From Stegostoma tigrinum (taxonomy: Eukaryota), in assembly GCF_030684315.1 (NCBI RefSeq), contig NC_081396.1, forward strand, positions 434,001-498,000: DNA of 64,000 nt, given 5' to 3'. Position numbers and translations under genes: made by a program. Under the pieces are notes generated by a model that was not told where the DNA came from, searched no databases, and was given only the letters and a program-made list of their open reading frames with translations. Shown in pieces: positions 1 to 12,520 of this stretch (positions are counted from its first letter, which is position 1; each line of letters begins with the position of its first letter).

Positions 1-2030
1 AGTTGCACAGTCAGTGGGCTTCATACCATACAATCTGCCACAAAAGGATTTGCTGATCCTTAGTATGTCAGACAGAGATGATGGCACTGAGCCATCTTCC
101 TTCAGGCTGCTGAAGACAGAGCTCTTCCTGTGCACCTTCTGGAAGAAGAAAGGCGAGCACGTCTCATCCTGCTCCATTTGGCAGACCCTGGAAAACTATG
201 AAACCCTTCTTATAATCTCCAGTGGTCTGATGGGAACCAGTCATGGGAACATCAAGAGGTTCTTTATACTTAAAGGTGTTCAGAAGGTGAGAGCTAGGTT
301 AAAAAAAAGTCCAAACTTGAGAAAGCCATGCAGAAGCCCTGGAGCAGAAGATTATCTTGGAGGCCTCCGAGCCAAAGCACAAGGCTTACAGTCTCTTCAG
401 TTCGTGGAGATCCTCTGTGACATCAGCCCCCATCGTCTGCAGCTGGAGTAGATTCTGCATGGCTTTCTGAAGTTCCCATGACCGGTTCCCATCGGCCCAC
501 TGGAGCCGATAAGAGGGACATCACAGTTTTCCAACCTTTAAAATCGCTCTTGAGCTCCTCAACGTTTTCTCGGGTCAATAATTTCACGTTCAGCTTCCAC
601 ATCTCCTTGTGAGACAGCTGGTTGTCCTGTCGGCAACAGTCATCCAGCAGGAGGCAGTGGTCGGAGAAGCACAGCGGCTTGACATTTGTAGATCTGATCG
701 AGAACATTCAGGGCAGAAATAGGAAATCTATCCTTGAGCGGTTAGAACCATCCTGCTGCAAACAGGTGTATCTACACTGCGCTCTCTCTGCGTGGGTACT
801 GAAGTCATTGTGCAGCTTGTTTTCATCAAGATTCGAGATGTGGAGTCCAGTTTGCTGTGAGCTCCTCCAGATTGTCCATCTGCATCGATGATGTAGTTGA
901 AGTCACCGGTCTGAATGATCTGCCTAAATGTTGCCAGCAGCAGTGGGAGGAGCAAGAGGACAGCCAGCCGTTCAGTCTTTAGCATTGAGGCCTACATGTT
1001 AATTAGCCTCAGGGGAGGATTTCTGGACATGACGTCTGCTGTTAGGAGGCGCCTGCCCACCACCTCCTTATCTTTGGAGATGGTGAAGTTGCTTCCTCAC
1101 AGCAGAATATCCAGGCCTTTTCTTTTGCTGTGGCCAAATCGAAGGCCCATGGGTTCATATGGTCGACCGTTTCCTGCGTCTGTTGGGACGTGGTACCAGA
1201 CTCCGATGGAAAGAGGAGGTCTGCTTTGATGTTGACCAGGTAAGCCAATGTTAAAAAATAATGCATGGTAGATTTAAAACTATACATGTTAATCCTGGCA
1301 ATTTTAAAGCCCATTTTAAGAGTTTATAGGAATACATAATGCCTTTTCCTGTGGTGTGAGCGAACTGTTGGGTGCTCTCTGCACTGAGATAGCTGGCCTA
1401 TTTCTCCCCCAGATTGTTGCCCTGAACCAGTGTTGTCAGAGTGAGAATGAAGCCAGGAAAGTCCCATTCTGAATCCAACAGAGGCACTGCTTGCTCAGTT
1501 CCTGATTCGAAGCATCACTATTCCCATTTGTCCGGCGCTGTGTGTGGTGGTTACTGCATAGTTCCCAGTGAATGGATATTGGGCTTCATTTGGGCCCTTG
1601 GGTTGTCCAGCATTTCCAAGTTGGAAAGTTGGCTACTTCCCTCCTTCTCCACCGTCGTGTTCTGCATTTTTTTCTGTTGATGGCCATCCTTCTGCACATC
1701 TTCATCATCAGAGGAGCTGCTGGTATATCCATTCCATAACTGCATCTTTCCATGTTTATATTAGGCTTTAGGGGACTGATGTGTTTTTCTTTTTCTGGTT
1801 GTTTCTCACTGGTATCCACTCCCCCACCTTTTTCTTTTCCTCTTCCTCCGTTGACTCCATCTAGGTTAGGTCGAGGTTGGATCAGTTGTTATGTCACCCT
1901 GCTGGTTTCCTTTTCCTCCTCTCTGGCCTGTTCCCCCTTCTCAGTGCTTCTTGTTTCAGTTTTCTTGCTGGGCGGTAGCACCTCTTTGAGCTTTGGGGGT
2001 CCATAGCTCACATTGCCATTTCCAGCCATC
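1..2030 (-). mobile_element. Degenerate Tx1/L1-clade non-LTR retrotransposon (end of ORF1, APE endonuclease and start of ORF2), running off the window edge
   Basis: Frameshifted minus-strand ORFs carry APE motifs: MGFKIARIN (start), QTGDFNYIIDADG, and VKPLCFSDHCLL (SDH). Downstream FFFQKVH...SSLKEDG resembles Tx1 ORF2. Confidence 0.8.
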
Positions 2031-3399
2031 TGAGCATATATGCATTCCCTCCCCATCTTGGGCATCGCTTTTATATGTAATCTGCTTTGATAATCAACAA
2101 CGCCATGGTCATCATTAGCCTAGCTTATCATGATAAGTTATTTAAAACTAAACAGACTTCACAGAAATGATGATGTTTGAACCTGTGTCCCAGAATATTA
2201 AACTGGGTCGCTGAATGATGAGTAACAATCATACATCACCACCTCAACATGATACTAAGGAGATTAGAACTAGGAATCATAGGTTGCATCAAACAGGTTG
2301 TTTATTTACAATTGAGATGAGGAGCAAAGTCTTCATTTATAGTGTTCTGATATTTTCAGTTCTCTTCCAAAGTGTGCTGTGTATTCTCAGTCATTAAGTG
2401 TATTCAAGATGATCTCAATCGGCTCATGAGTATGAAAAGTATTAAGGGATGTGATGGTAGTGTGAGAAGCAGAGATTCAAGAAAAATTAAACAAGTCCTT
2501 TTTAAAAAGTGGAACAAACTTGAAAGGAATCAGTGGCTGGCTGCATCCCACTCAGTCCTACACACAGACAGAGCTGTAATTCACAAAGTGGTGCACAATG
2601 TACAGACGGCCAGGTCTGTAGTCTCACTTTCTCCCTCCTCCCTCTCCATAGTGCACAGAAACAGCAGCTGGCATTTCCAGGTTGTCTATTGTTTAAACTG
2701 ACAGACTTGAAAATCAGCTGAGAGAGAGAAACGAACAGCTCTAAACAGGAAGCAGATGAATGGGCAGTTTCTCATGAGCAACTGAGTGTGTAGCTCTGTA
2801 CATTGAATTTATAGATGGGTGACTACAGGGCTGGGAGGAGTTTCTATTGGTCTGTAACAGATTCTGTTGCCTGGGAGAAATGCTGCAGCTGCATGATACA
2901 TAGACCGCTGTGATAAACAGGAAAGTACAGAGTCATAAAGGGTGAGGAGAAAATAAGGCAGATTATGTTCTGGAGTGGGAGCAAGACTCAATTTAGTGGA
3001 AAGGGAATTAAATGGAGCTGCATGCAGAGAGAAAAAGAGAAAGTACAGGGTAAGACTATGTTATAAAATGGGAAAGAGAAAGAGTAGGAATTGAGGTGTC
3101 ATGCGCTAACAAGTGAAAAGGAGAATCAGAAGGGAAAAGACAAAGTCTAGGAGACAAAGAATTTCAATGATGACAAGAAAGAGTTGAAAACAGTCTGGTT
3201 GTGCAGTGCATGACCTGGATTTTCCAAAGCAGTTTGAGGTGCAGTTTCTCATGTGATGAGACATCTCTGGTCTGAGATTTACACCTCAATGTATTAATTC
3301 GTACTTCAGTCATGTATGACAGTAAAAATCCCCCACTAATTGACCCAAAGTTGTTTTCCCTTGAATATCTAGATTTGGCTTGTGTTCTCCATTGTCGGT

Positions 3400-4350
3400 T
3401 CCTGGGATCAACCTCTGCATTGCAAAAGAAAAGAAAGAGTCCTGTTGAAGATGTAAAGTCCTCTCTACTCACATGTGGGGATTAGTGCAGAAATTGGGAG
3501 AGCTATCTGACAGACAAGTCAAGTAAGAGCTTGACCTCGTCATACTCAAAGAATCATACCTTACAGACAATGTCCCAGACACAACCATCACACTCCCTGG
3601 ATATATTCTGTCCTTCTGGCAAGACAAACTCAGCAGAGGAGGTAGCACAGCAGTATAGTGGAGGGAGTTGCCCTGGGAGTCATCCCCCCTCTGCTGAATC
3701 AGTCTTCTTCCATGTGGAATAACACTTGTGCATGCCAAGGGTGTACAATGTACACTGCTTGGTATATTTCAATGTCCTCAGCAGCAGCACTACTGATCGA
3801 GCTGGTCAGGTCATAAATGACACAGCTTCTCGATTGGGTCTGCAACAGGTGGTGATGAAACTAACAAGAGAGAAAAACCTCCTTGACTTCAAACTGCCTG
3901 CTGCAAATGCATCTGTCTGTGACTGTATCAGTAAAAATGACTACCGCACAGTCCTTGTGGAACTGAGAAGAAGTCCTGCCTTCACATTGAGAACACCCTC
4001 TTTCATGTTGTATGGCCACTATCTCCGTGCTACAGGGAACACAATTCGAACAGATCCAGCAACTCGAGACTGGATATACGTGAGGCTTTGTGGGCCAACA
4101 ACAGCAACAGAATTGGCCTGGCACAGGACTGGGAACTTCACACAATTTCTGCTCCTGCATTTGCTCCGTGTTTAATCAGCTCCAGTCCTCCCACCTCAAA
4201 CGTTTACTGTGGACATTTCCAAGATGCGCTGCAGTAACTCATCAAGCTTTCTTCGATGGCACCTCCCAAACTGAAACCTCCACTAGTTGGGTTAACAAGG
4301 ACAACAGCTGCACAGAAAGACAAACAATGACATGGCCCCTGCAAGTCACA
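3400..4350 (+). mobile_element. Degenerate LINE (CR1/L2 group) endonuclease fragment
   Basis: Plus frame near 3531 reads DLVILKESYLTDNVPDTTITLPGY...SRGGSTAVY, typical APE motifs. Broken by frameshifts. Confidence 0.55.
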
Positions 4351-4929
4351 CATCATCATAGCATGAAGTCATATAGTTCATTATTTTCAGGTGTGAACTC
4401 AGTCTCTGCCTCTCATAATAACTGCGTGTTTATGTCCTGAACAGAGGGACTTTAGGTCATCCCGTAGCAAAACCCCAAAACAAAACAAGCCTCAGCCAAA
4501 TTGTTAAAATTTTCTTCAGGAGCTGGGTCAGCAAGCCATCGTGGTTATTTTGGAATCGAGACAGCAAAACTGTCCCACAGGACCTAATCTGAATAAGAGA
4601 ACTCGTAAACCAGTATCCAGGAGAATGCACACCCTGGAAAGTACACCCACATCTGCTTTAAACAGTTAAATTTGTTCACAACATCCATATCAGAATCAAT
4701 CGAAATAAATGGGTACCCCTTTCTAATGAAGGTCAATACCAATGTAACTGTTTGAGTGACTGCACAACAGATCTTCAACAAACTTCACTCTGGGCTACAG
4801 CTCTTAATTTTATGCTGATAGCGGCTAGAATGAGAAACTAAACCAAGAAATATTTATCCATTGTTTTACAAATTAAACTACAAGAAGCAGCTGATTCAGT
4901 TACCAACGATTATAGTAAAAAGCTCGGGC

Positions 4930-6317
4930 CCAATCTTGAGGGGGCAAAATTGGCTGAGCAAGATTCACCGAGATTATCCAAACATTTTTCAACTTAAACA
5001 TATTGCCACCTGAGTGAAGTCTTAATTAAATACCCAGATGTTTTTCAGGAAGGTCTCAATACTCTCAAAGGAGTGATGTGACCAGGAAGCAATTTCATGA
5101 TTCAACAAGGCCTGCCCAATGCCATTTCATGTACGGGAAAAAGTAGAGGCAGAAATCAGAAGGCTGGAAAATGAAGGAATTGTCAAACTGGTTCAGTTTG
5201 TGGGATGGGCAGCATTGGTCATACCGATTGCTCATCTTTGTGGAAATTCTGAACGATTTTAACATCTGGATAAATTCCCTGTCCCTCAAATTTGAGGATT
5301 TCTACACAGAGCTGGCAGGGAGGCTGTCTTTCACTAAGCTGGACACGAGCAATGTGTATTTACAATGAGGTTAGATGAGGATTCCCAGAGGTGTGCTGCA
5401 ATTAAGACACAGAAGGGGTTGTAACAATATACAAGCCTGCCATTTGAGGTATTGTCAAACTGTACAATTTTTCAGCAGATGGTGGAGAACATTTTACAAG
5501 GTCTACCCCAAATCACCAAATGCCCAGATGACGCGCTAATAACAAACAGTGAAGACCAATAAGGAGCATGAGAGAACTTGAATAAAGTCCTTAGACATTT
5601 CTCCCAGGCAGACATATGCCTCAGAAGGGATGAATGTGTGTTCCAGGCAACCCAAGGAACCTACCTGGTCTACAGAGTAAACAAGACTGGGTTATACTTG
5701 TTGGAAGATGAAGTGAGAGTGACCAGAAGTACCCTGGCTCCCATATCCTTATCAGAAATTAGGTCTTGCCTTGGGCTAGTGAATAATTATGGAAAGTTCA
5801 GACATAACCTGGCCTCCATCCTGGCACCTATGCATCAACTCTTAAGAGAGAGTAAGCCTTGGAAATGATTGCATTGCCAAGGCATAGCTTTCAGGGAAGT
5901 GAAGAAACAGCTATCATCCTCTAAGATGCTAGAAAACTGTGATACCTAGTGAGACCTGGTATTGATATGCAGTGCCTTCATGGTGGCCCAGTAGAGAGGA
6001 ACCCCCATAACCTATGCATCCAGAACATTGGCTGATGCAGAGCGAAAATATGCTTATGTAGAGAAGGAAGGATTGAAGGTCATATTTGGAGTCAGGAAGA
6101 TCCACCAATTCTTTTATGGATGCATATTTGGATCAATAACAGATCACAAACTCCAGCAAGTTCTACTTAAAGAGGACATTGCAGGGCCATTTACAGCTTC
6201 AGGCCAAATTCAGCAGTGGGCTGTCATGCTAAGCACATATAATTACAAGTTGGAACACCAAGAGTCCAGGTAGCAAATGTGGATGCTTTGGACTACCTCC
6301 TGCTGGCATTTGCATCA
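4930..6317 (+). mobile_element. Ty3/Gypsy LTR retrotransposon pol remnant (RT and RNase H)
   Basis: KVEAEIRRLENEG, FTKLDTSNVYLQ, IRSCLGLVNNYGKF, and ADAERKYAYVEKEGLKVIFGVRK...TDHK. Many stops. Confidence 0.85.
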
Positions 6318-7150
6318 CAGAACGTAGAACATTACAGCACAGTACAGGCCCTTTGACCCAAGATGTTGTGCCGAACATTTACCCAAAACCTAAGGTCTAC
6401 CTAACCTCCACCCCTACTTTATACTATCATCCATTTGCCTGCCTAATAGCCGCTTAAATGCCCCCAATGAGGCCGACTCCACTACCCTCTCTGGCAATGC
6501 ATTCCATGCCCCTACCACTCTCTGACTTAAAAAAACTACCTCTGATGTCTCCCCTATATCTACCTCCACTCACTTTAAAACAATGTCCCCTCATAATAGC
6601 TACCTCCATCCGAGGAAAAAGTCTCTGGCTGTCCACTCTCTCTTTATCTCTGATCATTTTGTATACCTCTGTCAAGTCACCTCTAATCCTTTGTCATTCT
6701 AAAGAGAAAACCTCTAGCTCTCTCAACCTTTCCTCGGAAGACCTTCCCTCCATTCCAGGCAACATCCTAGTCAATCTCCTCTGCACCTTTTCCAATGTGC
6801 CCACAACTTTCCTGCAACGAGGCAACCAGAACTGGACACAATATTCCTGATGTGGCCGAAGCAGGGTTTTGTATAGCTGGAACATAACTTCATGGCTCTT
6901 GGACTTGATCTCTCTATTAATCAAAGCTAACACACCGTACGCCTTCTGAACAACTCTATCCACCTAAGTGGCAGATTTCAGGGAACTGTGAACATGAAAC
7001 CCAAGATCCTTCTGCTCCTCCACACTGCCAAGAATTTTTCCGTGAGCCCTGTATTCTGCCTTCAAATTTAACCTTCGAAAATGAATCACCCCACACTTTT
7101 TAGGGTTAAACTCCATTTGCCACTTCTCAGCCCAGCTCTGCATCCTGTCA
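6318..7150 (-). mobile_element. 5'-truncated CR1 LINE (3' end)
   Basis: LYKTLLRPHQEYCVQFW...LEKVQRRLTRM on minus strand. CR1 3' tail reads agaacgtagaacattacagcacagtacagg on plus at 6318. Confidence 0.9.
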
Positions 7151-9160
7151 GGCAGGGAGGAAGCTGCAGAGAGTGGGAGCCGTGGTTTACAAAGGAGTTG
7201 GAATCTCTGGTCAAGAGGAAGAAGAACGCTTACATTTGGATGAGATGTGAAGGCTCAGTTAGGGCGCTTGAGGGCTACGAGGTAGCCAGGAAAGACCTAA
7301 AGAGAGAGTTCAGAAGAGCCAGGAGGAGACATGAGAAGTTGTTGGTGGATAGGATCAGGGTAAACCCTAAGGCTCTCTATAGGTATTTAAGGAACAAAAG
7401 AATGACGAAAGTAATATGAGGGCCAATCAAGGATAGTCGTGGGAAGTTGTGTGTGGATTCAGAGGAGATAGGGGAAGCACTAAATGAATATTTTTCAACA
7501 GTATTCACGCTTGAAAATGACAATGTTGTCGAGGAGAATACGGAGATACAGGCTACTAGACTAGGTGGGATTGAGGTTCACAAGGAAGAGGTATTAGAAA
7601 TCCTACAGAGGGTGAAGATAGATAAATCCCCTGGGCCAGATGGGATTTATCCTAGGATCCTCTGGGAAGCCAGGGAGGAGATTGCCGAGCCTTTGGCATT
7701 GATCTGTAACTCATCATTGTCTACAGGAATAGTGCCAGATGACTGGAGGATAGCAAATGTGGTTCCCCTGTTCAGGAAGGGAAGTAGAGACAACCCTGGT
7801 AATTGTAGACCAGTGAGCCTTACCTCAGTTGTTGGTAAAGTGTTGGAAAAGGTTATAAGGGATAGGATCTATAATCATCTAGAAAAGAATAAATTGATTA
7901 GAGATAGTCAGCACGGTTTTGTGAAGGGAAGGTCGTGCCTCACAAAACTTATTGAGTTCTTTGAGAAGGTGACCAAACAGGTAGAAGAGAGTAAACCGGT
8001 TGATGTGGTGTATATGGATTTCAGCAAGGTGCTCGATAAGGTTCCCCACAGTAGGCTCTTGTACAAAATGCGGATTGTGGGAGATATAGCAGTTTGGATT
8101 GGAAATTGGCTTGCTGAAAGAAGACAGAGGGTGGTAGTTGATGGGAAATGTTCATCCTGGAGACCAGTTACTAGTGGTGTACCGTAAGGGTCGGTGTTGG
8201 GTCCACTGTTGTTTGTCATTTTTATAAATGACCTGGATGAGGGCGTAGAAGGATGGGTTAGTAAATTTGCAGACGACACTTAAGGTCGGTGGAGTTGTGG
8301 ATAGTGACGAAGGATGCTGTAGGTTGCAGAGAGACATAGATAAGCTGCAGAGCTGGGCTGAGAGGTGGCAAATGGAGTTTAATGCAGACAAGTATGAGGT
8401 GATGCACTTTGGTAGGAGTAACCGGAAGGCAAAGTACTGGACTAATGGTAAGATTCTTGGTAGTGTAGATGAGCAGAGATCTCAGTGTCCATGTACACAG
8501 ATCCTTGAAAGTTGCTACCCAGGTTGACAGGGCTGTTAAGAAGGCATACAGTGTTTTAGCTTTTATAAATAGAGGTATCGAGTTCCGGAACCAAGAGGTT
8601 ATGGTGAAGCTGTACAAAACTCTGGTGCGGCCGCACTTGGAGTATTGCGTACAGTTCTGGTCACCGCATTATAAGAAGGATGTGGAAGCTTTGGAAAGGG
8701 TGCAGAGGAAATTTACTAGGATGTTGTCTGGTATGGTGGGAAAGCCTTACGAGGAAAGGCTGAGGGATTTGAGGCAGTTTTCATTAAAGAGAAGAAGGTT
8801 GAGAGGTGACTTAATTGAGACATATAAAATAATCAAAGGGTGAGATAGGGTGGATAGGGAGAGCCTTTTTCCTAGGATGGTGATGGCGAGCACAAGGGGG
8901 CATAGCTTTAAATTGAGGGATGAAGGATATAGGACAGATGTCAGAGATAGTTTCTTTATGCAGAGAGTAGTAAGGGAATGGAATGTTTTACCTGAAACTG
9001 TAGTAGATTTGCCGACTTTCAGTACATTTAAGTCATCATTGGACAAGTATATGGACATACATGGACACTGTAGGTTAGATGGGCTTCAGATTGGTATGAC
9101 AGGTCAGTAGAACATCGAGGGCCAAAGGGCCTGTACTGTGCTGTAATGTTCTATGTTCTC
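7151..9160 (+). mobile_element. 5'-truncated CR1 LINE with RT domain (inactive)
   Basis: KSPGPDGIYPR, RPVSLTSVVGKVLE, QHGF..GRSC, DFSK, GVP*GSVLGP (premature stop) and FADD, then a frameshift. Tail gtactgtgctgtaatgttctatgttct. Confidence 0.95.
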
Positions 9161-9934
9161 TGCTTCCTGATATCACGTTGAGTGAATGGAATTGGTTGAA
9201 GTCTGGCATTGTGATTCTGGGGATCTCAGGAGGAACCCAAGATGGATCATCCACTCTGCACTTCCGACTGAAGATTAATGCTAATGCTTCAGCCTAATTT
9301 TTTGCACTGATGTTCTGCCTCCACTATCTTTGAGTATGGGGACTTTTGTGGAGATTCCTCCTCCAGTGAGTTGTTTAATCAGACACCATCATTCACAACT
9401 GGATGTGGCAGGACTGAGACATGATCCATTGGTTGTGAGATTACTTTGCCCTGTCTATGACTTGCTTCTTCTGTTGTTTGGCACACAAGTAACCCAACAC
9501 ATCATTTGGGGCTGGGTTTTGGAGGCCAAGTCGAGAGACACACAATGGGTGTCATTGTCAGAATGGATGATCTTGCTATCACAGGCATCACTTCAGAGGA
9601 TGTACCCCATCTCCTTCCTGCCTTTTCACCTACTTGGGTGAAAAACTGGCCTTAAAACATCGAATGGGATACATCCCATTGTATGGCAGTTTTAGGCCCT
9701 GAAGGGGCAACTAAGTATCCACAGTAAGGCCTCAATAGTTCTCATGGTGGTCAGGCTAGCAGGTGCTATACACATGCCACCCTCAAACATGGGGCACCAG
9801 TTTCAGGGTGAGCAGAAAGGCAGTGGGAACATCCACCAGACAAATTTTACGTGAGACTATGCGTGTCAGGGACAGTAAAATCAAGAACACAACCTGACTG
9901 AATAGCTGAGAAGACATAGTGCGGCAAATCAAAG

Positions 9935-10587
9935 AATTCCAATCCTGTGGAAGCAGGCCATTTGGCCCATCATTTCCACACTGACCCTCCAAAGAGCATC
10001 CCAACCAGACCCAACCACCTATCATTGTAACCCTGCATTTCCCATGGCTAATCCACCTAGCCTGCACATCCCTGAGCATTCTTGACAACTTAGCATGGCC
10101 AATCCACCTAACCTACACATCTTTGGACTGTCAGCACCCAGAGGAAACCCATGCAGACACAGGCTCCACACAGACAGTCACCCAAGGGTGGAACTTTTAT
10201 TTCCTTATTCATTCATGGGATGAGGGCATCGCTGACTAGGCCAGCATTTATTGCCCATCCCTAAATGCCCAGACAGCAGTTAAAAGTCTGGAGTTACATG
10301 TAGGCCAGACCAGGTAAGGATGGCAGTTTTCTTCCCCAAAGGACATGAGTGATCCAAATGGGTTTTTGGATGATCGACAATGCTTTCGTGATCATTATTA
10401 GACTCTTAATTCCAGATCAAATTCCACAATCTGCCATGACAGGATTTGAACCTATGTCCCCAGAACATTATTTGGGTCTCTGGATTAACAGTCCCGCAAT
10501 AATACCATTCAGTCACCACCAGAATCAAACCTGGATCCCTGACGTTGTGAGGCATCAGTGCCAACCACTGAGCCACTGTGCCACCGA
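9935..10587 (-). mobile_element. HE1-like tRNA-derived V-SINE with a second SINE nested at about 10197-10520
   Basis: Reverse complement of the SINE at 18803. Its head (ggtggcacagtggctcagtgg) is separated from its body by another SINE similar to the one at 32005. Confidence 0.75.
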
Positions 10588-12374
10588 TGTAGCCCAGGTT
10601 ACACTTCATTAGTTCCCAGGCAGCGATCAGGGAAGAGCCGATGTTCAAAAATGAGAAACTGAGACATCTGGAACAAGTACAACAACAACCTCCTTCATCG
10701 AGAGCCTTTGGCTGAATGAAACATTCCAATGCAAGTCAGAGGAGGGAATTCAAGCCAAGTATGACACCAAGTCACATGAGGAGATAACAGGCCTGGTGTC
10801 AGCTTTATAGAGCAGCTGAAAGGAGGAAAGAGAGATTGAGCGGCAGAAAGGAATTAATAGGGAACTCCAGAGCTGAGGGACTTGCAGCTTAAGTCCCCGG
10901 CATTGATGATGGAGTAATTCAAATCAGAGATGCACAAATGTCTTGGGTGGCTGTAGGTTTAAATATGCTCATTAAAACATTTCCAACCCCCACGCCAGCT
11001 ATGAAACTTGCTCACTGTAAAACCCCCTCCTAGGAATCTCACCCAATGCACAAAACTCTCCATGCTGCATAGATCCACCCCAGTGCAACATCTGCATGTT
11101 CCTCTAAAAATCATACAGGATTGTTTGTAACTGTTCCTTCACCATCACTGGGTGAAAAACTGGGCTTGTGTCCCTCACAGCTCTGTGGTTACACTTGTGC
11201 CAGATGGACTGCAGTGACTTAAGCAGCAGGCTTACAACCACCGATGAAGAGCAATTAGAATTGGGCAATCAATGCTTGTGTTGCAAGAGATCTTCAAATT
11301 CCATGAGAAAGGTGAAAAGCCTCACCCTGTCAAACTGGAGCCTGTGCACAAACCACCATCCTGTCTCCTCATTCTATCCATGCAGGAATGGAAACAGTCA
11401 CCAAAGTGACTCCCACCCCAAACTCACTTTGATCCTCTATAATTTTTCCCACCCTCTCTCCACCAGCAGGCTGGCTGCCCTGGGTACATGAGCCGTCTCC
11501 CACCTCCCTCTCCTTTCCTCGCCACCCCATACTTTCTGCCTTCGACCCTCACCCCACCTTCACTGCTTTCTCTCTCTCCCTCTCCCCACATCTGTTCCTG
11601 TATCTCTCTGTCCCTTTCCCACTCTATTTCCCGCTTCCGTTTCTCTCTCCCTCCCTTATTCCCCTTTCTCCCTGTTCCTTCCTGTCCCAGCTGATCTTGC
11701 GCAGCATAGAAGTTGTCTCTCAGACACTGGCGGCACTTTGTGCAAACACGCTGCCTGGACAATGACTGATCAGAGAGAAGCGAACAGTCACAAAACAGGA
11801 AACAGAGGCCCAGGCCGTTACTTGCAGTCATTGAGTGTGAACATTATACTGAGACAGAGGGTTTCGGATTTCGGATGGAGAGAGAGAGAGAGAAAGAATG
11901 GCCGTGTTTAGGAGCTGACTCAAATATACTGCGGTGTCACGGTAAGAGAATCACCTATTCCTCTCTGAGAGTGAGTTTGTCGATGGCTGAGTTGTGGGAG
12001 CAGTGGGCGGAATGTTGTTTCTTACCTGGGAGACAAGGCTGAATGTGTGTCGTACACACAGGACAGTGAGGTAGAGAAGGAAATGGAGGGGAGGAGTGTG
12101 TTATAAAGCAGGAGCGAGGGAAGGAATGTAATAGACAGAGAGAGATCACAAGAGGAAATGAATTGAATGTGGTGTTACAGAGTGTAAGAAGTGGCGATTG
12201 AGAAAGAGGAGGCATACATGCCTGAATTGTGTTGTATTTCATGGAATGAGTATATTGTGTCTGATTGATTATTTCATGGGATGTGGGCACCACTGCCAAG
12301 GACAGCATTTGCTGCCCCTTCCTCATTGCTCATGAAGTGTAGATGCCAGAGTTGGACTGAGGTGGACAAGGTCA

Positions 12375-12520
12375 AAAATCACACGACATCAGGTTGTAGT
12401 CTCTAACCAGGTCCCAGCCCAATAGGTTATTGCTCCGCCTGAGAAGGGAGCTGAGCTCGGAAAGCGTGCGTTTTCAAATAAACCTGTTGGTCTATAACCC
12501 GGTGTCTTGTGATTTTTGAC
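12375..12520 (+). mobile_element. Penelope-derived non-autonomous element with inverted ends and a decayed hammerhead-like core
   Basis: aaaaatcacacgacatcagg at the 5' end is inverted relative to ccggtgtcttgtgatttttg at the 3' end. Core reads cctgagaagggagctgagctcggaaagc. A related minus-strand copy lies at about 25095-25185. Confidence 0.55.
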
